Below are positions 1-7,001 of a stretch of DNA of 17,864 nt, one piece after another. The stretch is from a bacterium (lineage in GTDB: Bacteria > SZUA-182 > DTGQ01 > JAFGSM01), in NCBI GenBank assembly GCA_049472335.1, contig JBLIRO010000090.1:1-17864 (forward strand), given 5' to 3'. The position numbers and the translations under genes are program-made. The stretch's first letter is position 1. The number at the start of each line of letters is the position of its first letter. The notes below the pieces were generated by a model. It ran no database searches and was not told the origin of the DNA. It saw only the letters and a program-made list of their open reading frames with translations.

Positions 1-99
1 AATGATATGCACGTGATCGGGCATTACTGTCGCCGCCCATAAACGATAAAATTTCCGGTCTCCTGCCTTGAGTTGTTCAAAAACAATAAACCTTTCGTA
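1..99 (-). mobile_element. Fragment of a Y1/HUH tyrosine transposase (IS200/IS605 TnpA or RAYT-like), N-terminally truncated, continues off the left edge
   Basis: Not in the ORF track. The reverse complement of 1-99 reads [33 protein letters not shown], with the hallmark VMPDHVH HUH motif. The minus-strand sequence upstream of it is simply the antisense of acr3. Confidence 0.8.
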
Positions 100-328
100 C
101 GAAGATGCTGCACCGACCGCTATCATAGCGGGCAGCAACCATTTTGAGGTTGCCATTGCCGTGTCTACAACGCTTTTTGGCATCAGATCAGGCGCGTCTC
201 TCGCAACCGTGGTGGGAGTTCTGACAGAGGTTCCGATGATGTTGTTCCTTGTATGGCTTTGCAAAAAAACAAGGCATTTTTTCCCCTCAAACAGTACACT
301 CATGGATTTTCAAAAATATGGATGCTAA
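92..328 (+). pseudogene. acr3: C-terminal fragment of an ACR3-family arsenite efflux transporter
   Basis: [30 protein letters not shown]...[17 protein letters not shown] matches the ACR3 C-terminal motifs (SNxFELAIAVA, VVGxLxEVP). In-frame stops at 14-16 and 47-49 show that the N-terminal ~three quarters are missing. Confidence 0.85.
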
Positions 329-400
329 AAAATAATAAATGCTGATGGGAGAAGGATTCCGCTTTTTTCCAAAACCAGTACAGGGGTAACGGGATAGGAT

Positions 401-862
401 TTATGGGATGTTGAGCAATCCATCAGTATTCCATTGGAAAATGACTGGATAATGATAAGAGAAACATTGTGGATATGTTGATTCACCTATTCCCTTGCAT
501 GAAAAATAAAATTTTTCCGGGATTTTCCTAATATCAATGTAAGGCATATAGAAAGGACCATAATGATATGCGTAAACCTGAGGCAGGAAAGAGTAAATAG
601 TCGGTGTTGTATATTTTATTGGAGTAGATAGGGAATAAGTGTATTGTCTGTATGAGGCGTATTGTTTATACAAAGTGACTATGTTAGAACTTGAGAAACC
701 AGGTGCTGTCAAGCTCATGTATGAAAATATGGGTTCCTCAGCGTCCACAAGTTGAATATTACATAACATTTGCTTTGATAAAGGTAATTGCAAAGAATTA
801 ATAAAAGCAATAAATATAATCAGAATTAATCCCTTATATGAAATATTCCTTAATCCTCTCAT
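401..862 (-). CDS. Hypothetical exported Tyr/Ser/Pro-rich protein, 153 aa
   Basis: Open frame in AT-rich DNA with an N-terminal hydrophobic stretch, a possible VDA cleavage site and a Tyr-rich body. A sigma70-like promoter lies upstream; the SD is weak. Confidence 0.6.
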   Translation of the reverse strand: MRGLRNISYKGLILIIFIAFINSLQLPLSKQMLCNIQLVDAEEPIFSYMSLTAPGFSSSNIVTLYKQYASYRQYTYSLSTPIKYTTPTIYSFLPQVYAYHYGPFYMPYIDIRKIPEKFYFSCKGIGESTYPQCFSYHYPVIFQWNTDGLLNIP

Positions 863-963
863 TTCCCGGGCCGTATCTAACTGGTATTGAGTATTCTTTA
901 TATGAATGTTTAGTTAATTAGAGCTTTATATGTGAATTATCTATATATAGGTTCCTTAATTAA

Positions 964-993
964 AGTATAATTCCAAAAGTACAATTTTGTCAA
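964..993 (-). promoter_or_regulatory. Putative sigma70 promoter for 401..862
   Basis: Minus strand TTGACA-18 nt-TATACT. Confidence 0.45.
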
Positions 994-1123
994 TTTTTTG
1001 GTTTTTATTAGAAATTTACTGATGTATTTCTCAAAATGATGATCAATGACGTTATTCATAAAAGATTTTTATAAATATATTTTATTAATTATAATTTTAA
1101 GCTATTTGTTATTATATTTAGAT

Positions 1124-1151
1124 TTGACTTTTTTGGTTTATTTGGTAAAAT
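1124..1151 (+). promoter_or_regulatory. Sigma70-type promoter with shared TGGT..ATTTGG spacer element (upstream of GY protein 1)
   Basis: TTGACT TTTTTGGTTTATTTGG TAAAAT (16-nt spacer, extended -10 TGn). Confidence 0.65.
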
Positions 1152-1463
1152 TATCAATATAAGGCAGATTCAATTATTGATTCAAAATTTGCAATTTTAA
1201 TATATATTTGTTATAAATTTAAATAAATTAAGTCTTTTTTTTAAGTCTATTAAAATTGCCTAAAATAGATTAACTGTTTGGGATTTATACTTAACAATAA
1301 AATTAAAATCTTGAATAGTTAGATTAATATTTCTTATTGATGAATTATATAATGGCGATAAATAAAAAATAAAAATTTTAAATTTTTATTTGGCTAATTG
1401 GTTAAATACCCATTTTATTTTCTTAAATCATTAGTCTATTTATTATAAAAAATTATTATTTAG

Positions 1464-1762
1464 AAGGAGGTGGTTTAATGGAAAATTATTTAATCGGATT
1501 GTTAAAGAGCAAAGACATGATCTTGTATTTGATTTGATTAATAATGATTCAACTATATTTCGGCCCCAAAATAGTAAACTGGAAACATTCAGGGGAGGTG
1601 GTTGTTATAACGAATATGTTTATCATAAAAGTAGGAGGTGATTGAAAGATTAATTTCATCAATAAATTAAAGGAGGTGATACAAATAGTCCAGTTTTCGA
1701 TTGATTTGGTTGTATTTATTCACCAAAAAAGGATAGATACAGAATTTTAGGTTAATGGAGGT
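1464..1762 (+). promoter_or_regulatory. Array of Shine-Dalgarno-like GGAGGT(G) motifs in the leader of GY protein 1
   Basis: AAGGAGGTG 1464-1472, GGGGAGGTG 1592-1600, AGGAGGTGAT 1633-1642, AAAGGAGGTGAT 1669-1680 and GGAGGT 1757-1762 (the true RBS), in otherwise very AT-rich DNA. Confidence 0.7.
1478..1537 (+). CDS. Putative 19-aa leader peptide MENYLIGLLKSKDMILYLI
   Basis: ATG 5 nt after AAGGAGGTG; TGA at 1535-1537. Confidence 0.3.
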   Translation: MENYLIGLLKSKDMILYLI

Positions 1763-1768
1763 AAGACA

Positions 1769-2233
1769 ATGAAGAAAAATATTCTGATTGTTTGTATTTT
1801 GGTGATCGCTCTTATCCTTTGCTACTCAAATACGGAAGCATACTACGGTTTATATGGCGGTCTCATGGGCGGCCTATACGGCGGCTATGGTCTTATGGGA
1901 GGCTACGGCCTCATGGGAGGCTACGGCCTCATGGGCCTCATGGGCGGTTATGGCATGTATGGGATGATGGGCATGTATGGGATGATGGGGGGTATGTACA
2001 GTCCGTTCAGTTTTTACAATATGTACTATCCGGTACAGACTGGGGGCGGTCTGACTTATCAGGTGCCGTTCATGCAGATTGCGCCTCTTTTAGGCATAGC
2101 CGGGCTGTATAACCAGTTGTTCCCGAATTTGTTCAATCCTCAGCCGCAACCCGCGCCTATTGTTAATGTGACCACTCCAGCCACTCAGTTTGTTACATTC
2201 CCCACGCCAATTGGAGTAGCGACGATCACCTAA
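1769..2233 (+). CDS. Secreted Gly/Tyr/Met/Leu low-complexity repeat protein 1 (MGGYGL/YGM repeats, Pro/Thr-rich tail), 154 aa
   Basis: GGAGGT RBS; Sec-type signal MKKNILIV...NTEA; mature region starts YYGLYGGL and contains no D/E/K/R. Confidence 0.85.
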   Translation: MKKNILIVCILVIALILCYSNTEAYYGLYGGLMGGLYGGYGLMGGYGLMGGYGLMGLMGGYGMYGMMGMYGMMGGMYSPFSFYNMYYPVQTGGGLTYQVPFMQIAPLLGIAGLYNQLFPNLFNPQPQPAPIVNVTTPATQFVTFPTPIGVATIT

Positions 2234-2336
2234 GTTTGCTTTGATGATTTATGATAATTTTTTTATGCAAAATCAGCACAGAAGGATCTTGACCCAAAAT
2301 GGTTGAACTTCTTGATGATAAAGCAGAATGGCAATG

Positions 2337-2419
2337 AAGAACAGGTTGCTGCAAAACTATGAGCCTAGTTTCTATACCTTCGGGAAACATAAGTAACGGC
2401 CTTGCGACAACCTGTTCTT
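2337..2419. repeat. Inverted-repeat (MITE/REP-like) element followed by a poly-T tract; may also act as a terminator
   Basis: AAGAACAGGTTGCTGCAA (2337-2354) vs TTGCGACAACCTGTTCTT (2402-2419), 16/18 complementary; internal CC-TTCG-GG hairpin; T run to 2425. Confidence 0.65.
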
Positions 2420-2914
2420 TTTTTTACTGATCTGTATCGATCTCTTTTCATTGTTAATGCTGCTGAGTCCGGGTAAATACAAGGCTAATAGCGAAGATAA
2501 TCTTTCTTTAGAAAAGAAACTGAAATATCATCGGAAGATGTGGAAACCGACAGATCCGCACAATGGTACCAGGCACAATATAGCACAGGCCCGCTTGGAC
2601 AAACATGGATGATGGGGAGTTTTGGACCTGATTTTGGAATAGGAGAGCAGGGTGTCCGTTATCAATCCGTAGATCCGTTGACCATTTCCTTTATCAGTTA
2701 TTCCATTACTAGTCCTGGTATTGGAATAGGAGGACCTTTTGCCGGATATGGCAGAATGTTCAGCCCCGCAGCCCTTGCATCCTATGGGCCCTTTGCATAC
2801 GGCAATAATCCCCAGCCCCTGCCAACACTCGGCTATATATACTTCACAGGGATATACCTCAGGAAGTGCTTTTGGGAACAATACCAACGTCTATCAGATA
2901 CAATTCTAAAATAG
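2397..2914 (+). pseudogene. Probable disrupted exported Gly/Tyr/Pro/Ser-rich protein (ORF 2540..2914 plus an out-of-frame signal-peptide-like segment)
   Basis: Frame 2397-2516 reads LFFFLLICIDLFSLLMLLSPGKYKANSEDNLSLEK. A shift at GAAAAGAAAC (~2511-2520) would join it to ETEISSEDVETDRSAQWYQAQY... The GTG at 2540 has no clear SD. Confidence 0.45.
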
Positions 2915-2990
2915 ATTTTATTTATTTTATTAATGATTTTGAGATCAACCAAAATTTTCAATATATTTTGGCACAATAATAACAAATTGA

Positions 2991-3024
2991 GGGGGCTAAT
3001 ACCTTTAAATTACGTATTACCCCC
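2991..3024 (-). terminator. Hairpin between the convergent genes, probable intrinsic terminator
   Basis: GGGGG(C)TAATAC / GTATTACCCCC stem about 45 nt downstream of the stop of 3068..3433. Confidence 0.5.
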
Positions 3025-3067
3025 CCAGCCATTCTATAGTTTTCTCACCTTTTCAATGTCAAAAACT

Positions 3068-3433
3068 TTATATCATCCCATACATGCCATAAAGTCCGCC
3101 ATAAATGCCATATCCGTTGTATATTGAAGCAGGATAATTTCCATAGTAAACACCACTTCCGCTGAGTATGCCGCTGCCATACATGCCGCCATACATTCCA
3201 TACAATCCACCGTACATCCCGTACAGACCGCCATACATGCCGTACAATCCACCGTACATACCATACATACCATACATGCCATACAGGCCGCCATACATTC
3301 CATACAATCCGCCATACATCCCATACAGACCGCCATACATGCCGTAATAAGCATTTACCGGATTAATAAGGGATAAACTTAAGACAGCAATAAGGACAAA
3401 TATCAGAAGTATAAATGTTTCTTTCTTGTTCAT
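3068..3433 (-). CDS. Secreted Gly/Tyr/Met repeat protein 2 (tandem YGMYGGL heptads), 121 aa
   Basis: AGGAG RBS; signal peptide MNKKETF...PVNA; six YGMYGGL units plus variants; the DNA repeats differ mostly at synonymous positions in this frame. Confidence 0.88.
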   Translation of the reverse strand: MNKKETFILLIFVLIAVLSLSLINPVNAYYGMYGGLYGMYGGLYGMYGGLYGMYGMYGMYGGLYGMYGGLYGMYGGLYGMYGGMYGSGILSGSGVYYGNYPASIYNGYGIYGGLYGMYGMI

Positions 3434-3559
3434 TTTGATAATCTCCTAATAAGTCTGATTTCTTTAAGGTTTTTTATAAAGAAAAATGCCAAGTTAAAAA
3501 AATATTAAAATTAAAAATTACATTTTTCTCCAAGATCTAAAAAGAATATCTTATTAAAT

Positions 3560-3587
3560 ATTTTACCAAATCACCAATAAAAGTCAA
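3560..3587 (-). promoter_or_regulatory. Sigma70-type promoter with shared spacer element (for GY protein 2)
   Basis: Minus strand TTGACT TTTATTGGTGATTTGG TAAAAT (16 nt). Confidence 0.7.
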
Positions 3588-3767
3588 ATAAAAATTTATT
3601 TTCCTTTTGTTTTTCAATAAATTAGTTTTAACACCAATATTAACTATTTTTATTTTAATTATCGAAGTTATTGAATTGTAATTGGAAATAAAACCTTTTA
3701 AGAACGCCGGATTAAAAATATCCATATGGAAATTAGAAATTTCGATGATTAATAAAAATATTTTAAT

Positions 3768-3796
3768 TTGACATTTTAATGGTAATTTGGTAAAAT
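3768..3796 (+). promoter_or_regulatory. Sigma70-type promoter with shared spacer element (for CBM48/GT4)
   Basis: TTGACA TTTTAATGGTAATTTGG TAAAAT (17 nt). Confidence 0.7.
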
Positions 3797-4036
3797 AAAA
3801 AACAATAGGGAATTGGATCATATTATTAAAAATTATGAGTAAAAAAGCTATTTTCATAATCATGTCCGCTTCTAAAATGTTAATAAAAAAGCAACAAATT
3901 CATATAATTATGTATCTGTTTTTTTCCTTTTTTGCTACCATTATTTACTACTATTCAAATTATAACAAAATACCGGGTGAGCAGGGTCAATGACCCAAAA
4001 AAACAATTTATTAACATTTTTAAAGGAGGAAAAGCA

Positions 4037-4351
4037 ATGGTAAAGAAGAATATTAATAAAAATATTACCAGTAGTGTAAAAGAAACAACAAGCAAAAAGA
4101 CGGTTGAATTCGTATTTCATTCACCGGAAGCAAAAAGTGTATGCCTGGCTGGTGAATTCAACGACTGGAATATTGAGTCAATCCATATGAAAAAAGAAAA
4201 CGAAAAAGATTGGAAAACAACCATTGATTTGCCGCCTGGCCGTTATGAATATAAATATTTCGTGGATGGTGCCTGGGCAGAAGATATACCTGACGCAGAA
4301 ATAACTTCAAATGCCTTTGGCACTAAAAATTTTGTGATTCATGTGGAATAG
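4037..4351 (+). CDS. Stand-alone glycogen-binding domain protein (CBM48 / AMPK-beta-like, isoamylase early-set domain), 104 aa
   Basis: PEAKSVCLAGEFNDWN...WKTTIDLPPGRYEYKYFVDGAW...NAFGTKN is the typical CBM48 pattern; AAAGGAGG RBS before ATG 4037. Confidence 0.93.
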   Translation: MVKKNINKNITSSVKETTSKKTVEFVFHSPEAKSVCLAGEFNDWNIESIHMKKENEKDWKTTIDLPPGRYEYKYFVDGAWAEDIPDAEITSNAFGTKNFVIHVE

Positions 4352-4529
4352 AATTAATTATTAATACAAGCTCCTTCTCTTTCTATTTATGTCTTCGCTT
4401 ACTAACTTGCTTACAACCAAATATATTTTATAGCAGATAAGTTTTATTAGAAGTCTCTGAATTTCGGATTTAATACAAAAGGGCCATTAATGAATAAATT
4501 TATCTTTTCAATAATGAATACAAGGGAAA

Positions 4530-5915
4530 ATGGAAATGGTAAAATCAAGAAAAAAATCTGTTTTAATACATGGCCCGGTTCAGTCCACGCTCCCTATTAG
4601 TAATAAAAAAAAGGGATATTATAAACCGGTAAAAAACAATTTCATATTTAACAATTTCTACGAGACTGATAAGCCGAATGTTCAAAAAGATGCTGATACC
4701 CAAAAGTCTGAAATATCCTTGTCAAGAAAAAATTTAAAATCTAAAAACCTAAAAAAGCAAAAAGTAGCTATACTGACCTGGGATAGTTTACCGGAAAAGA
4801 AGAATGAAATAAAATCAACTCACATTCGACTTGTAGCTACATTGGCCAAAGATGGTCATAAAATACATGTATTTACAAGAGGAAAGAAAGAAGAGGTTTC
4901 TAATCAGAAAATAGACGGTGTACATTATCATCGTATACATATTGATTCAAATATTCCCTTGTTGAATGGTATATCCATATTCGCAGATCAAATCTATAAA
5001 CATATTAAACGGCTTGAATCCAGAGAAAGACCTTTCGATGTTATTCACTGCTATGGATGGCATCCTGCCAAGGCTATAAAAAACCTACAAAATGGGATTT
5101 GTAGGCACATTATTTTCACACCTAATATAAATGGCTGGGGAAAAGGGGCAGGTTCTGATTATAGGCAATTTATACAACAGGATTTATTAACAAAAGAATT
5201 AATAAAGATAAGCGATCGTATTGTATGTTTTGAACAAGGCTTGGAATTAGATATTCAGCAACGTTTATCTTTACCTGAAGAAAAGGTCTTTATTATTCCT
5301 AAAGAATTCGATTGGCTGGATTATCAATGGGTAAAGGATTCTGGTGAGGTTAAAAAAAAGTACAATATATGGCCTCTTGATCCCCTGATTCTGTTTGTAG
5401 GCGAACTTAATAATGATTATGGTCCGGACATCATTGCGGATGCCATTCCTGTTTTATTAAAAAACAATCCCCAGGTAAGATTTCTCTTTGTAGGGTGCGG
5501 AGAGCTTGAATGGCCTATAAGGATAAGGGCTCACTATCTCTTGTTTGAACATGCAATCCTTTTGGTTGGTCATAAAGAGGGAAGAGATCTTCAGGAATTG
5601 TTTCAAGCTGCGGATATCATTGTAATTCCAAATCGAGTTAAGACCTTTCCGTATCAGGTCCTTGCTGCATGGAGCGCAAAAAAACCAGTAGTTGCCACTA
5701 ATGAAGGATCCTTTGGCCTGATAAAACACATGGAAAATGGAATTCTTGTTTATGATAATCCTAATTCGATTGTGTGGGGTATTGAAAGAATACTTTTTGA
5801 TTGGGACAAGGGACATGAGATCGCTCAAAAGGGCTGGAAAGAATTACAGGAGAAATACACCTGGAATGCTATAAGCAAAAGGTTAAAATTTATATATCAA
5901 TCTGAAAAAAAGTAA
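4530..5915 (+). CDS. GT-B fold glycosyltransferase family 4 homolog with degenerate catalytic motifs
   Basis: KVAILTW...GHKIHVFTR, PLILFVG, FLFVGCG, LFQAADIIVIP..AWSAKKPVVAT. The EX7E motif is replaced by KTFPYQVLA. Confidence 0.88.
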   Translation: MEMVKSRKKSVLIHGPVQSTLPISNKKKGYYKPVKNNFIFNNFYETDKPNVQKDADTQKSEISLSRKNLKSKNLKKQKVAILTWDSLPEKKNEIKSTHIRLVATLAKDGHKIHVFTRGKKEEVSNQKIDGVHYHRIHIDSNIPLLNGISIFADQIYKHIKRLESRERPFDVIHCYGWHPAKAIKNLQNGICRHIIFTPNINGWGKGAGSDYRQFIQQDLLTKELIKISDRIVCFEQGLELDIQQRLSLPEEKVFIIPKEFDWLDYQWVKDSGEVKKKYNIWPLDPLILFVGELNNDYGPDIIADAIPVLLKNNPQVRFLFVGCGELEWPIRIRAHYLLFEHAILLVGHKEGRDLQELFQAADIIVIPNRVKTFPYQVLAAWSAKKPVVATNEGSFGLIKHMENGILVYDNPNSIVWGIERILFDWDKGHEIAQKGWKELQEKYTWNAISKRLKFIYQSEKK

Positions 5916-6004
5916 GTAAAAAAGTACTTATTTGAAACAATTTCATAATTCTATGTTGTTAAATTACATGCAATACGAATAATAGTTGGGATTATAAATA
6001 ATAC

Positions 6005-6033
6005 TTGACATTTATTGGTTATTTGGCTATAAT
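6005..6033 (+). promoter_or_regulatory. Perfect-consensus sigma70 promoter with shared spacer element
   Basis: TTGACA TTTATTGGTTATTTGGC TATAAT (17 nt). Confidence 0.8.
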
Positions 6034-6357
6034 TACAAATAGGAAACATTTACTGGGGTATAATTCAAATAAATCAAAAAACAGGACTGTTACTGCTGAG
6101 GCAGAAGCGAAGTTTTTGAAGTAATTATCTAATCCGACTTGTCTCTTTCATTATTAAACATTATTAAAGAGTTGGCTAGAAGAGAGCGATGCCTCGAAAA
6201 ACTTACATGTGCATTGTCGGGGATAATATTTCATTGATTTTATAGAATAAAAAAATTTTAATATCTTTTATCTTGGCTTTTTGGTAAATATTTCAATAAA
6301 TTTTAATTAACTAATATAGGACGAATAAAAAATAATGATTTGAAAAAATGATAACAT

Positions 6358-6440
6358 AGACGATCTATATCGCAGTCATTCGGCCATTCCCCTCCTCCTT
6401 ACAATATAAGAGGATTTAAGCGCGGTATAGATCGTCTTTT
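6358..6440 (+). terminator. Long stem-loop followed by a short T run (attenuator/terminator or sRNA 3' end)
   Basis: AGACGATCTATATCGC (6358-6373) pairs with GCGGTATAGATCGTCT (6422-6437), 16 bp with one G-U; the loop contains the anti-SD-like CCTCCTCCTT. Confidence 0.5.
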
Positions 6441-6710
6441 AAAGCTCTTGTTTTCATGATTATTAATCTTTAGCAGGAGGTGCCGTTGGGTAATCGGTTA
6501 ATATATGCAAAAAAAAGAAGGGGGTGATAGGTTAAATATAAAGCCATGAGATCTTCCTCCAGCCGGAAAATTTATGATTTTGGTTTTACTTCCCTATTCC
6601 CATCCTTAAGTCTCTCTTTCCAAGGGGAATTTATAAATATTTTGTTTCTACTCATAAATCATCCCTTTAATATTGATTCCATAATCGATCTTGTTTGAAA
6701 GGAGTTGGCT

Positions 6711-7001
6711 ATGAAAATATATATCCTAGGACTGGGATGCCCAAAATTTAAAAGCCTGGCCAGAAACACCAAACTTGCAGCAACGGAATTGGCCCTGGGA
6801 TGTAAAATTATAGAAATCACGGATATTATTGAAATCCTGAGATTTCGCTCTGCATTACAATTACCTGCCCTTGCCATTGACGGCCAGATCAAGGTGGCAA
6901 GAAAAGTAGCAACAGTGGAGGAGATTAAGACACTGCTCTTACAAACAAAAAAATGCCTTAATGGCAACACACTTGGAAATTCAGCCGTAGTTGGAAAATG
7001 A
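6711..7001 (+). CDS. MTH895-type small redox-active disulfide (thioredoxin-fold) protein with CxxC changed to CPKF
   Basis: MKIYILGLGCPKFK...EITDIIEI...LPALAIDGQIK...VEEIKTLL follows the family pattern; AAAGGAG RBS; ATGA overlap with the next gene. Confidence 0.82.
   Translation: MKIYILGLGCPKFKSLARNTKLAATELALGCKIIEITDIIEILRFRSALQLPALAIDGQIKVARKVATVEEIKTLLLQTKKCLNGNTLGNSAVVGK

Noticed and set aside
68..126. TTG 68 as the acr3 start, or minus-strand ATG 126 as the transposase start
   Set aside because: Each start lies within the other gene's remnant and has no RBS; both products would lack essential N-terminal parts.
1792..2112. Arg/His-rich ORF (GRLRPH repeats)
   Set aside because: Alternative frame of GY protein 1 with no RBS.
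2455..2500. Twister-ribozyme-like sequence (TAATGCTGC...GGGT...CAAGGC...AGCGAAG)
   Set aside because: I cannot build the P4 stem or the pseudoknots, and the segment is better explained as a signal-peptide coding remnant.
3180..3345. 21-nt tandem repeats as a possible CRISPR array
   Set aside because: No unique spacers; the repeats are contiguous, degenerate at third codon positions and coding; no cas genes are present.
3073..3354. Cys/Met-rich ORF (CMAVCMGCMADC...) resembling a metallothionein
   Set aside because: It is a shifted frame of the YGMYGGL repeats. It has no RBS, and repeat variation is synonymous in the YG frame, which also carries the signal peptide.
3537..3863. 108-aa minus-strand ORF
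   Set aside because: AT-rich Ile/Phe/Lys/Asn composition typical of spurious ORFs; it overlaps two divergent promoters.
6095..6200. Lysine riboswitch (AGAAGCG...GAAGTA resembles its 5' part)
   Set aside because: Too short, and the downstream conserved elements and P3-P5 stems are not present.
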